From: an uncultured Candidatus Saccharibacteria bacterium
GTDB taxonomy: Bacteria > Patescibacteriota > Minisyncoccia > Phycocordibacterales > UBA2100
Assembly: GCA_964437185.1 (NCBI GenBank)
Contig: CAYTFU010000006.1
Span: forward strand, 1 to 63,459
Length of the DNA stretch: 63,459 nucleotides
Reading direction: 5' to 3'
Part shown: one piece after another, positions 1-9,138 of the stretch
Layout: every line of letters begins with the position of its first letter
Numbering within the stretch: position 1 is the first letter of the stretch
The notes under the pieces: model-generated
What the model saw: only the letters and a program-made list of their open reading frames with translations
Database searches by the model: none
What the model was told of the DNA's origin: nothing
Program-made: the position numbers and the translations under genes

Positions 1-61
1 CGTCCACATCCCCAGCCGCATCACCCTCCGCATCACCACAATCCGCGCGATACTGTACGCA

Positions 62-925
62 ATGAGCGAGGAGAAGTCTCTTCGGAAGTTCTTCAGAAAA
101 TCCTGCGCGGGGATGATCAAGAGCGGTAGTATTGTTTTCTTCGGCGTTGTTTGCTCCATTTTCATACCGAGTGTAGTAAGCGCGCAGGTGATCATCACCG
201 AGGTAATGTACGATCTCAAGGAGGGGAGTGACAGTGGGCGCGAGTGGATTGAGGTATACAACGCTGGCCTCACTGAGGTAGTGCTCAGTGAGTATAAATT
301 ATTTGAAAATGGTACGGCACACAAAATTTCGGGAGTTTCTGGTGGCGCGTCGTTGCCCGCTGGAGCGTACGCGATCATTGCGGATAGCGCCGCGAATTTC
401 AAAACCGATTGGCCCGGGTATAGCGGCCCACTTTTTGATAGTGCGTTTAGTCTCAGTAATACGGGCGAGAGCATCGTGCTGCGCAATGCGAGTAGCACGG
501 ACATGGATACGGTAACGTACCAAAGCACGATAGGCGCAGCAGGCGATGGCAATTCTCTGAATCGCGCGAGCGCAGGAGCGTCGCTCGTTCCTCGTTCGCC
601 AAGCCCTGGCGCCACGATGACGGATGAAGTAATTGCGCCGCCTCAAAAGAGTGTGCCGGAAAAGGCCCCAGTACCATCGGCAAAACCAAAACCCGTGACA
701 TCTACAAATGTTGAGGAGGCGTATGTAGTGGATGATCCAGCGGAGGGGGTCGTTGTTGAAAACGCGACCACGGTCGTGACGACTACAGAGGAAGGAGAAA
801 AGAACTCTTCCGTTTGGTGGATCGGTGCGGTGATTATCGCTTCGTTTGCGGCATCCTCACTTTTACTCGCGAGAAGACTAAGCAAAACAGAATGGGACAT
901 TGAGGAAATGGAGGAAACGAGATAG
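62..925 (+). CDS. Membrane-anchored lamin-tail-domain (LTD) surface protein
   Basis: ATG at 62. N-terminal hydrophobic segment SIVFFGVVCSIFIPSVVSAQ. LTD-like core VIITEVMYD..GREWIEVYNAG..SNTGESIVL. P/T/V-rich linker and C-terminal TM WWIGAVIIASFAASSLLLA. Confidence 0.7.
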   Translation: MSEEKSLRKFFRKSCAGMIKSGSIVFFGVVCSIFIPSVVSAQVIITEVMYDLKEGSDSGREWIEVYNAGLTEVVLSEYKLFENGTAHKISGVSGGASLPAGAYAIIADSAANFKTDWPGYSGPLFDSAFSLSNTGESIVLRNASSTDMDTVTYQSTIGAAGDGNSLNRASAGASLVPRSPSPGATMTDEVIAPPQKSVPEKAPVPSAKPKPVTSTNVEEAYVVDDPAEGVVVENATTVVTTTEEGEKNSSVWWIGAVIIASFAASSLLLARRLSKTEWDIEEMEETR

Positions 926-935
926 TCTGGTCAGA

Positions 936-1784
936 ATGAGCAGCAAAATGATTCTTGTAACGGGAGGGGCTGGATTCATCGGCACGCACCTCTGTAAGCG
1001 ATTGTTGGATGAGGGCAATACGGTAATTTCTCTCGACAACTATTTCACCGGCTCGCGCGAAAATCATGTACCTGGCGTGGAGTATCGCGAGGGACACACG
1101 AAGGATATCGAGAAGCTCGTGCCCGAGACGCCGGATCTCACTTTTCACCTCGGTGAATATTCGCGAGTAGAGAAAAGTTTGGAAGAGCCGGCGCTCGTGT
1201 GGGATCTCAACGTCGCTGGTACGTTTGGCGTACTCGAGTGGTGGCGAAAAAGGAAGTCGAAGCTCGTGTATGCTGGCTCGTCTACCAAATTCGGCGACGG
1301 AGGGTCCGGGCGCGACCAGAGTCCGTACGCGTGGACGAAGGCCGCCAATACCGAGCTCGTGAGCAACTACGCGCGGTGGTATTCGCTTCCGCACGCGATT
1401 ACGTATTTTTACAACGTGTACGGTCCCGGCGAGCGCGTAGGAGCCTACGGGACGGTCATTGAAATCTTTCGCCAACAGCATGCGCGTGGTGAGCCGCTCA
1501 CCGTTGTATCACCAGGCACGCAGAAAAGAAATTTCACGCACGTGAGCGATATCGTGGATGGTCTCGTGCTCGTCGGTGCGAAGGGGGAGGGGGACGATTA
1601 CGGCCTTGGCGTGACGCACGAATATTCAATTCTCGAAGTCGCCAAGATGATCGGAGGCGAAATTATGATGCTTCCAGAACGAGCGGGCAACAGATTCGGA
1701 TCAGGCATCGACACGTCTAAATCAGAGGCGCTCGGATGGTTGCCCAAAATTACTCTCGAGCAATACCTCGGCCAAAATTCCTAA
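936..1784 (+). CDS. NAD-dependent sugar-nucleotide epimerase/dehydratase, UDP-glucuronate decarboxylase (UXS)-like
   Basis: Start trimmed to the ATG at 936, just after the upstream stop at 925. Rossmann motif ILVTGGAGFIGTHL, UXS-like DNYFTGSRENH, and YxxxK as YAWTK. Confidence 0.7.
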   Translation: MSSKMILVTGGAGFIGTHLCKRLLDEGNTVISLDNYFTGSRENHVPGVEYREGHTKDIEKLVPETPDLTFHLGEYSRVEKSLEEPALVWDLNVAGTFGVLEWWRKRKSKLVYAGSSTKFGDGGSGRDQSPYAWTKAANTELVSNYARWYSLPHAITYFYNVYGPGERVGAYGTVIEIFRQQHARGEPLTVVSPGTQKRNFTHVSDIVDGLVLVGAKGEGDDYGLGVTHEYSILEVAKMIGGEIMMLPERAGNRFGSGIDTSKSEALGWLPKITLEQYLGQNS

Positions 1785-1841
1785 TCCCCACAAATGTGAC
1801 ATTCGGGACGCGCGACCCAAATCGCGTGCTATACATCCCTC

Positions 1842-4805
1842 ATGTGCGAGAGATCATGGATCTCCCTGCGAATCACTTCTCTTATTCTGTTCGTGTTGTG
1901 TGCCTTTTACGCTCCTCTCATAGCGAACGCCGAAGTGCTTTTCTCACAGATGGATAGTTCGCAGGTGTTTACATCCTTCCTATCGAGCAGCGATCCCGGT
2001 GCCTACTGGCGCATCCCTATCCCCAACGACATGGGTCCGGTGCGCATAGACTCAATCGAGTTCCGTGCCCAAGGGGCGCTAGGAAATGCGCAAATATACG
2101 ATATGGCAGGAATGAGAATGGTCTGCTGGCTCGACGCTGCCAAAACGACGCGTTGCTCAAATACCACCTGGGGATTTTCTGGTGCTCAGAGGTTTGTCGC
2201 AACGCCACCCAACACTGGCCCAAAAACGTATCGCTTCGACTACAGGAGTCCCGATGCGTACTACCCCGCTGTGCCGCATGCCTCGACCACCCTTCCGGCC
2301 GTCTTCGATCACGCATACATTGACGTCTTTCGTGTTGCTGGATCAGGAGTGATTCTTTATGGAACTTCCACTCAAATGTATTACGTCGTGCATGGCGAGC
2401 GGCTTTCGTCCTCAACCCCCTCCTGCACCACAAACTGCTATTCCAACGTGATGTTCTTGCCTGGCATACAATCAAGCCGTTTGTATGCGCCAGGACAGGT
2501 GCTTACAGAAAATCGAATTTGGGAACCGAACAGTCCTTTTGGAAATGATGTGCCAAGCCTTGATATGACGAACCCAAGCGCGACGGATGTGGTGTACACC
2601 AAAGATGGAGACATCATCGGCTCTGCGTACAATCTTTACGGGATCTACGGATCTTTTATAAACCAAATGAACTCTCTGAAGGGATCTGTAATTGAAGATT
2701 GGGAACCCATTGCATACGACTGGCGACTTGATTACGATGATCTGTTGGATTATGGACATCAGACTGCCGATGGAAAAATCTACTATCGCGGCAATAATTC
2801 TGCTACTACCAGTGATCCATATATAGTCCAGGAACTCAAGCGCCTCGCATCCACATCAAGAACGGATAAAGTGACAATCATTGCGCACTCAAACGGAGGC
2901 TTACTGGCTCGAAAAATGTTGACACGCCCCGAACTCGCTCAGTATGTGGATAGAGTAATAATTGTCGCGTCTCCGCAGCTGGGGACGCCGCAAGCTATCG
3001 GTGGGCTATTACATGGTTTCGGTCAGGCATTACCAGAAGAGAAGTTACCGTTCTTTCTTTCGGCAGCAAATGCACGATTCCTTGGTCTGGCAATGCCGAT
3101 GGCGTACAATCTTCTGCCGTCGGATTCGTACTTTCACTACACGCAAACTCCCGTAATCAAGTTCGATCCCTTTACGCTGCACGATTGGGTTGAGAAATAC
3201 GGAGGGTTGATAACGACTCAAAATCAGCTCCGCATCTTCATGACGGATATTGCACGGACAAAACCAGAGCATCAGGACATTGATACGCCAGACGTGACAG
3301 ATGCCGACCTCCACCTGAATGCAATCGGAGTTCATGCCGAGCTTGACTCGTGGATTCCATCAAATGATGTTGAGTTGATAACCATTGCTGGGTGGGGCAA
3401 CCCGACCGTCGCGAGGATTGAGTATAAGAGGGTTCCGACGTTCGCATGCCTCGCCCGGGGCCCGGATGGGAGTTGCGCGCTTAGCGGACGCACTGACGAG
3501 ATTACATACTCTCCCAAAATGGTGATCGATGGCGATGGGACCGTCATTGAGTCGAGTGCGCAGTGGACTAATGGCGCGTCTTCTACGCGATACTGGCTCG
3601 ACCTTATGTCGCTTAACTCAGAAATGGGCTCCGAATACTCTCACGCAAATATTTTCGAATCACCACAAATGCGCTCCTTGTTGGAGGATCTCATTAAAAA
3701 GGCTACCTCGACTCCTCTCCCGCAGTACGTCAATACATCACGTCCGGAGCATGAGGGGGTTGCACCTCGGTTGTATTTCACACTCCATTCTCCTCTAACT
3801 CTCGGATTTTCTGACGAGGAGGGAAATTATACTGGGGCAACAAGCAGTAATGCCGTATTTGAGGTTCCCGACGTTGATTACAGGAGGTTTGGCGAGGTGC
3901 AGTGGCTCTCTGTGCCGAAAAATCTAGCGGGGAAGGTCGTGTTGCAAGGAACTGGAAGCGGTTCATTTGCTCTCGACGTAGAAGAGGTCAATGGAAATGA
4001 TATTTTGGCCAACACTACGTTTGCTGCTGTCCCATCCTCGACCTCAACCATCGCGACATTTGAAATCGATCCTCTCCGATCGCCAATCTCAGAGGGGGCG
4101 CTGAATGTTGATTTCGATGGCGATGGTGCGGTGGACACGACATTACGTTCGGTAGAGGGGGAGACCGTTCTCCCCAAGAGCCCACTTACCGTAATTGCGG
4201 ACGATCAGACGATGATTGTTGGCGGCTCCATCCCGCCTCTCGCGGCTTCTTTCACCGGCTTCGCCAACGGTGACACGGAAACGAGTAATGACGTCACTGG
4301 TGAGGCAACGTGTACGACTACAGCAACAAATAGCAGCCCGGTTGGTAACTATCCGATCGTCTGTACCGTTGGCACTTTGTCGTCCAGTGATTATGAATTC
4401 AAGACGTTTATTGAAGGAACTCTTACAATCCAGTACCGCTGGGATGGATTCCTGCAGCCAATAGACGACCCTACTGCCAACCCAACATTGACTCCGAGTG
4501 TGTTTAAGGGCGGCAGCACTGTACCTGTGAAGTTTCAGCTTAAAGATAGTAACGGCGCTTCGATACAGTCATTTACCGACCTCCTATGGATTAAGCCAGT
4601 TCCCATCACTCCTCTCGCCGCTTCTGTTGATGAGCCCGTGTATACGATATCGGGTACAACCGGCAGTACGTATCGCTGGGACGCTACAAATCAACAATAT
4701 GTGTACAACTGGAGCACCAAGGGCCTTGCTACAGGCCTTGTGTACAAAATTTCCGTAAACCTAGACGATGGAACTTCTCGAGAGGTGATTATAGGGCTGC
4801 GGTAA
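1842..4805 (+). CDS. Secreted LCAT/PGAP1-like alpha/beta-hydrolase (lipase/acyltransferase) fused to MBG-like and PxKF-like C-terminal modules
   Basis: Signal-peptide-like N-terminus LILFVLCAFYAPLIANA. YDWRLD at nt 2715-2732. Nucleophile elbow IIAHSNGG at nt 2877-2900. MBG-like SPVGNYPIVCTVG..YEFKTFIEGTLTI. PxKF-like YRWDGFLQPID..GGSTVPVKFQL. Confidence 0.65.
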   Translation: MCERSWISLRITSLILFVLCAFYAPLIANAEVLFSQMDSSQVFTSFLSSSDPGAYWRIPIPNDMGPVRIDSIEFRAQGALGNAQIYDMAGMRMVCWLDAAKTTRCSNTTWGFSGAQRFVATPPNTGPKTYRFDYRSPDAYYPAVPHASTTLPAVFDHAYIDVFRVAGSGVILYGTSTQMYYVVHGERLSSSTPSCTTNCYSNVMFLPGIQSSRLYAPGQVLTENRIWEPNSPFGNDVPSLDMTNPSATDVVYTKDGDIIGSAYNLYGIYGSFINQMNSLKGSVIEDWEPIAYDWRLDYDDLLDYGHQTADGKIYYRGNNSATTSDPYIVQELKRLASTSRTDKVTIIAHSNGGLLARKMLTRPELAQYVDRVIIVASPQLGTPQAIGGLLHGFGQALPEEKLPFFLSAANARFLGLAMPMAYNLLPSDSYFHYTQTPVIKFDPFTLHDWVEKYGGLITTQNQLRIFMTDIARTKPEHQDIDTPDVTDADLHLNAIGVHAELDSWIPSNDVELITIAGWGNPTVARIEYKRVPTFACLARGPDGSCALSGRTDEITYSPKMVIDGDGTVIESSAQWTNGASSTRYWLDLMSLNSEMGSEYSHANIFESPQMRSLLEDLIKKATSTPLPQYVNTSRPEHEGVAPRLYFTLHSPLTLGFSDEEGNYTGATSSNAVFEVPDVDYRRFGEVQWLSVPKNLAGKVVLQGTGSGSFALDVEEVNGNDILANTTFAAVPSSTSTIATFEIDPLRSPISEGALNVDFDGDGAVDTTLRSVEGETVLPKSPLTVIADDQTMIVGGSIPPLAASFTGFANGDTETSNDVTGEATCTTTATNSSPVGNYPIVCTVGTLSSSDYEFKTFIEGTLTIQYRWDGFLQPIDDPTANPTLTPSVFKGGSTVPVKFQLKDSNGASIQSFTDLLWIKPVPITPLAASVDEPVYTISGTTGSTYRWDATNQQYVYNWSTKGLATGLVYKISVNLDDGTSREVIIGLR

Positions 4806-4842
4806 TGCAAGTGCATGGAAAATTTCGTGGTAATCTTTTCAT

Positions 4843-5166
4843 ATGGTAGCTCTCATAAGAAAATATAAAATTCAAATCGCGGCCGCTCTCCTGACAGCGG
4901 TTATTATATATGTGTTTCCGATAATCAAGGGGGGTGGTAGCCCTTCAGACGTGAGTTCGTTTAGGTCGGCCTTTGGTCAACTCGCCCTGATTTCTTACGT
5001 CCTGTACCTGGGTTCATCGTTCATTTTCCTGAAGCTAGTTCGCCGTTTTCAGCTGCATAGATTTTCCGTATACCTCGCTCACGCTGTCGCTTTTGCGATA
5101 GGATACTACCTACTTGTCGCAGCGTACCTAAGTATTGCGGCCGGCGGTATTCCTTCAATTATTTAA
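4843..5166 (+). CDS. Small multi-pass membrane protein (paralog 1 of a tandem pair)
   Basis: 107 aa with three hydrophobic helices. Segment QLALISYVLYLGSSFIFLKLVRRF..YLAHAVAFAIGYYLL aligns with the next ORF. Confidence 0.5.
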   Translation: MVALIRKYKIQIAAALLTAVIIYVFPIIKGGGSPSDVSSFRSAFGQLALISYVLYLGSSFIFLKLVRRFQLHRFSVYLAHAVAFAIGYYLLVAAYLSIAAGGIPSII

Positions 5167-5176
5167 TGGCAAAGAA

Positions 5177-5455
5177 ATGATATCTGCTTCCTATAAGAGG
5201 TTCAAAGTCCAATTCTTTGTTGCGCTGTTTACTCTCGGCCTGGTCGCCTACTTTCCCATTTTTGCCGCACAATTTGCGCTAATTTCTTTCGTCATTTATA
5301 TCGCGCTCTCGGCATTGTTTATCTGGATCGCACGCAAATACAATTTGTCTGCCGTCTATCTACTTATGGCACACGCGCTGGCATTTCTGCTCGCGTACGC
5401 CATCTTCGCGTTAGTTGTTTATAGTTTAGTAACGATGACTCATTTTGGGTTCTGA
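5177..5455 (+). CDS. Small multi-pass membrane protein (paralog 2 of a tandem pair)
   Basis: Start trimmed to the ATG at 5177. QFALISFVIYIALSALFIWIARKY..LLMAHALAFLLAYAIF parallels the upstream ORF. Confidence 0.5.
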   Translation: MISASYKRFKVQFFVALFTLGLVAYFPIFAAQFALISFVIYIALSALFIWIARKYNLSAVYLLMAHALAFLLAYAIFALVVYSLVTMTHFGF

Positions 5456-5483
5456 TGATTGCGAGGTAAATGACGGGGGTAGG

Positions 5484-5627
5484 TACACACAACACCTACG
5501 ACCGTGGGAGTTGTATGTATTCACGGGCGGTCGCTTAAGCGGAGGCGGGCGATGTCGCGGGCGAATTTGGTGTAGATGTTTTCCCAGAGGAACTTTTCGA
5601 GGTGCATGCGGATGCGGCGAGGGTTCT
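5484..5627 (-). pseudogene. Truncated duplicate of the 3' end (last ~30 codons plus downstream hairpin) of the adjacent GT4 glycosyltransferase gene
   Basis: Near-identical to nt 5817-5958. The minus strand reads ..RMHLEKFLWENIYTKFARDIARLRLSDRP*, compared with the parent ..RMHLEKFLWENIYTKFARDIARLRSSHHQ*. There is no upstream coding continuation. Confidence 0.7.
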
Positions 5628-5816
5628 AATAGAGTCATTGCCTCATCCTCGCGGCACACTCTGTGTAGCCATCACAAATGGTTTTAGGTGCGATAAAGCA
5701 AATGAGCTGTCGAACACAGAATGCTCCTCATATCTTATAAATCTCCGACCGTGGAACTATAAGATATGGCAATTGTTAGCACGGGGAGAATGGTACCAGG
5801 TACCAATAATCACCTA

Positions 5817-5977
5817 TACACACAAGACCTACGATCGTGGGAGTTGTGTGTATTCACTGGTGATGGCTTGAGCGGAGGCGGGCGATGTCGCGGGCGAATT
5901 TGGTGTAGATGTTTTCCCAGAGGAATTTTTCGAGGTGCATGCGGACGCGATGAAGATCGGGGGGTGCGGGGTTCTCG
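5817..5977. repeat. Parent copy of the ~145-160 bp segmental duplication (offset 333 bp from the copy at 5484)
   Basis: Direct alignment of the two stretches by eye. Each copy contains the hairpin TACACACAA-N17-TTGTGTGTA (TTGTATGTA in the 5484 copy). Confidence 0.75.
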
Positions 5978-6957
5978 AGCACTTCTCGGAGCGCTCGCGC
6001 TATGTCTTTTGGTTCGCGCGGGTCGAAGTACGATACAAATTCGTCGCCAACTTCATGAAAGATGGGGATGTCGGACGCGATGACTGGCACATGGAGTGCG
6101 AGCGCCTCGATGATCGGGATGCCGAAGCCTTCGTAGAGTGATGGATGGGCGAAGACTTTGCTCTGCCGATAGAGTTTCCAGAGCGTCATGTCGTCGTTGA
6201 TGGTTTGGAAGGTTACGTCGGTGAGGCCCAGCTCCTTGGCGAGGTTTTGGAGCGATTGTTTGAGGCCGTTGTCCACTCCCACGAGACAAACTTTGAGGTG
6301 TTTGTTGACGTATCCTATCGCGCGCAAAAGTGGCGCGTGATTTTTTCGCGTTTCGAAGTGGCCCACATAGAGCACGTCGATTGTCTTTGGTTCTGCCGTC
6401 GACAATTCTTGCAGGAGAAGGCGTTCGTCGATTCCGAAGTAGCTTTTCGCAACGCGCGAGGGGTCGAAGCCTATGTACTTACGCAATTCCGCAATCGAAA
6501 AGTCGCTGCAGGTCACGAAGTACTGCGCGCGTCGCCACTGGCTTTTGAGGTAAGAAGAGAAGAGGAGGCGGTAGAAGAAGTTTTTGCTATCGCTCGTAAA
6601 GTAACGAAAATCGTAGGCGACCTGAAAGTGCGTGTGACGTTTGAGTGCGCGGTAGGGGATGGGCACGGATTCTATGATTACGGTCGAGGGTGGGAGCTTG
6701 TTGAGCGCAGCTGCGATTTGTCGCGCTGCGCGAAATTTGCTCCAGTGGTTGAATCGGTAATCTACCTCGACGAGATTGCCGCTCGCAGGTGTCCACCACA
6801 GGGGCGCTTTGCCGCGCGCGACGATGAGGGTGAATTTCTCACCGAGGTCACGCGAAAATCGCTTGGTGATTTCATCAAATCGACGATTTGCGCCCGAGGG
6901 GACTGCCGGATCAAAATACGGTGAGACATACACCACGCGGCTCTTTTCTGCGTCCAT
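5854..6957 (-). CDS. Glycosyltransferase family 4 (GT-B)
   Basis: C-terminal EX7E-type motif PSLYEGFGIPIIEALALHVPVIASD. Typical length of 367 aa. Confidence 0.8.
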   Translation of the reverse strand: MDAEKSRVVYVSPYFDPAVPSGANRRFDEITKRFSRDLGEKFTLIVARGKAPLWWTPASGNLVEVDYRFNHWSKFRAARQIAAALNKLPPSTVIIESVPIPYRALKRHTHFQVAYDFRYFTSDSKNFFYRLLFSSYLKSQWRRAQYFVTCSDFSIAELRKYIGFDPSRVAKSYFGIDERLLLQELSTAEPKTIDVLYVGHFETRKNHAPLLRAIGYVNKHLKVCLVGVDNGLKQSLQNLAKELGLTDVTFQTINDDMTLWKLYRQSKVFAHPSLYEGFGIPIIEALALHVPVIASDIPIFHEVGDEFVSYFDPREPKDIARALREVLENPAPPDLHRVRMHLEKFLWENIYTKFARDIARLRSSHHQ

Positions 6958-7026
6958 ACGAGTATGGCGAAATCATAGCATGAGGCGTTTTAAATCCTCT
7001 CTGGTTTGGTAGTATGTGTAGTACGT

Positions 7027-8073
7027 ATGGAAAAAAGGCGGCTACTCATCACAGGCGGAGCGGGGTTTATTGGGGTCAACGCCGCGCGGCACTTTTTGGG
7101 TAAAGGGTGGGATGTGACGCTCCTCGACAACTTTTCGCGCAAAGGTACTGATATCAATGTCAAAAATTTGCATCGAGAATTTCCCGACGTGCCTGTGATA
7201 CGTGCTGATATTTGTACGGATCAAAAACAGCTCGACAATGCGGTGGCAAAGAGTGATGCGGTGCTCCACCTTGCGGCGCAAGTGGCCGTTACCACCTCGA
7301 TCACCGATCCGCGCAATGACATGCGGCAAAACATTCTCGGCACGTTCAACGTGCTCGAAGCGATACGCGCGAGCGAAAATCAGCCGCCTCTCATTTATTC
7401 TTCGACCAACAAAGTATACGGAGCGCTCGAAGAGTATGCCGTACGCGAAGCGACGTCGCGATTCGAATTTGTCGACGACACTTACAGATCGTTTGGCGTA
7501 CCAGAAAAGCAGACGCTCGATTTCCATTCGCCGTACGGATGTTCCAAGGGCGCAGCGGATCAGTACGTGATCGATTACGGCCGCATCTACGGGTTGCGTA
7601 CACTCTCACTCCGCCAGTCGTGTATTTATGGGCAACACCAATTTGGCGTGGAAGATCAGGGATGGATCGCGTGGTTTACGATTGCGGCGATGCGTGGCAA
7701 GCCCCTCACGATCTATGGATCGGGATTCCAGGTACGCGATGGACTTTTCGTCGACGATCTCTCGCGGTTGTACGAGCTCGCATTTGAAAAAATCGACACG
7801 TTGCCCCAGCGCGCGTACAACGTGGGCGGTGGTGCAGGAAACACTATTTCGCTTCTCGAACTTTTGGAGCTTTTGAAAAAGAAATATGGGTACAATCCCG
7901 ACGTCGCCCACTCAGATATTCGTGCTGGCGATCAACCGATATTCGTGGCCGACATTCGCGCACTCGCGAAGGATTTGAATTGGAAGCCGGAAATGGGAAT
8001 CAAAGATGGGATTGGAAAAATGCACGAATGGCTTCACGACAACCGTGAGGTTATCGCGGGTGTTTTGGGATAG
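7027..8073 (+). CDS. CDP-paratose 2-epimerase (RfbE)-family NAD-dependent sugar epimerase
   Basis: LLITGGAGFIG, DNFSRKG, SSTNKVYG, LDFHSPYGCSKGAADQY, DQGWIAWF and IFVADI all match the CDP-tyvelose/paratose epimerase pattern I recall. Start trimmed to the ATG at 7027. Confidence 0.75.
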   Translation: MEKRRLLITGGAGFIGVNAARHFLGKGWDVTLLDNFSRKGTDINVKNLHREFPDVPVIRADICTDQKQLDNAVAKSDAVLHLAAQVAVTTSITDPRNDMRQNILGTFNVLEAIRASENQPPLIYSSTNKVYGALEEYAVREATSRFEFVDDTYRSFGVPEKQTLDFHSPYGCSKGAADQYVIDYGRIYGLRTLSLRQSCIYGQHQFGVEDQGWIAWFTIAAMRGKPLTIYGSGFQVRDGLFVDDLSRLYELAFEKIDTLPQRAYNVGGGAGNTISLLELLELLKKKYGYNPDVAHSDIRAGDQPIFVADIRALAKDLNWKPEMGIKDGIGKMHEWLHDNREVIAGVLG

Positions 8074-8088
8074 GGTATAGTGTCCTCA

Positions 8089-9138
8089 ATGAAGCGCGTT
8101 GCTGTCATCGGTGGAGGGATTTTTGGAAGTACGGCGGCGATTTTTGCAGCGCGCGCGGGGCACGAGGTGCACCTCTTCGAAAAGGGTAAAGAGCTTTTGC
8201 AGGCGGCCTCGGGTATCAATCAGTACCGGCTGCATCGTGGGTATCATTATCCTCGAAGCGGTGAGACAGCACAGTCCGCACACAGGGCTGAGACCTCCTT
8301 TCGCGCCGAGTACGCTGATTCGGTGATTGACGGGGGAAGGCACCTCTACGGTATAGCGCGGGAGAAAAGCCTCGTGAGCGCGAAACAATTTTTGGATTTT
8401 TGCGATGCTCAAAAGCTGGAGTACAAAAAAGTCGACGTGCCGGAGCTTGCCGACCCGAAAACGGTCGAGCTTGTGATAGAGGGGAAGGAAGCGCGCTTCG
8501 ATCCCGATGTGCTGCGCGAAATCGTAAAGACGAAACTTCAAGAGGCGGGTGTGCATGTGCATCTCAATATGCCCGCCGATCCGCTGCTACGCGAATCATT
8601 CGACAAAATAATAATTGCGACCTACGCTCATACCAATGAAGTGGTAGGACTATTCACCGACGCGAAGATGGATTATCAGTACGAAGTGTGCGAGAAGCCC
8701 GTCGTCTCGCTTCCTGCGAGTTTCGGCCTTACGGATCTTGTGATCATGGACGGGCCGTTTATGTGCGTCGATCCGCTTGGCGAAAGCGGCCTCTATGTGC
8801 TTGGTAACGTCGTGCATGCCATACACGCAACCAACGTGGGAGAAAGCCCCGTCATTCCGCAGAATGTCGAACCCCTTTTAAATCAGGGAATTATCAAAGA
8901 TCCGCCCGTCACGAATTTTGCGAAGTTTATTGAAACCGGCGTGCGGTATATTCCTCTTCTTACGGAAGCGAAACATGTGGGGTCGCTTTACACGATTCGC
9001 ACCGTTCTTCCGCGCATGGAAAAGACGGACGCGCGGCCCACGCTCGTAACACCCCTCGGCGAGCATTGCATCAGGATTTTCTCCGGCAAAATGGGGAATT
9101 GCGTGGAGGCTGCACAGGAAGCGTGTCGCTTACTCTAG
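8089..9138 (+). CDS. FAD/NAD(P)-binding oxidoreductase
   Basis: N-terminal dinucleotide fold VAVIGGGIFGSTAAIFAARAGHEVHLFEK. ATG at 8089. Confidence 0.6.
   Translation: MKRVAVIGGGIFGSTAAIFAARAGHEVHLFEKGKELLQAASGINQYRLHRGYHYPRSGETAQSAHRAETSFRAEYADSVIDGGRHLYGIAREKSLVSAKQFLDFCDAQKLEYKKVDVPELADPKTVELVIEGKEARFDPDVLREIVKTKLQEAGVHVHLNMPADPLLRESFDKIIIATYAHTNEVVGLFTDAKMDYQYEVCEKPVVSLPASFGLTDLVIMDGPFMCVDPLGESGLYVLGNVVHAIHATNVGESPVIPQNVEPLLNQGIIKDPPVTNFAKFIETGVRYIPLLTEAKHVGSLYTIRTVLPRMEKTDARPTLVTPLGEHCIRIFSGKMGNCVEAAQEACRLL

Noticed and set aside
834-1481. 215-aa minus-strand ORF overlapping the LTD 3' end and the UXS-like gene
   Set aside because: It is antisense to a gene with unambiguous Rossmann and YxxxK motifs. 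It has no motifs of its own.
5445-6083. Two similar plus-strand ORFs (5445-5687 and 5766-6083) sharing ..GGLSGGGRCRGRIWCRCFPRG.FRGACG
   Set aside because: The similarity is caused by the 333-bp-offset segmental duplication. The sequences are antisense to GT4 coding sequence and have implausible Cys/Arg/Gly composition.
6145-6924. 259-aa plus-strand ORF covering most of the GT4 gene region
   Set aside because: It is the antisense shadow of the minus-strand GT4 gene, which has a clear EX7E motif. The translation is Arg/Glu/Val-rich and has no motifs.
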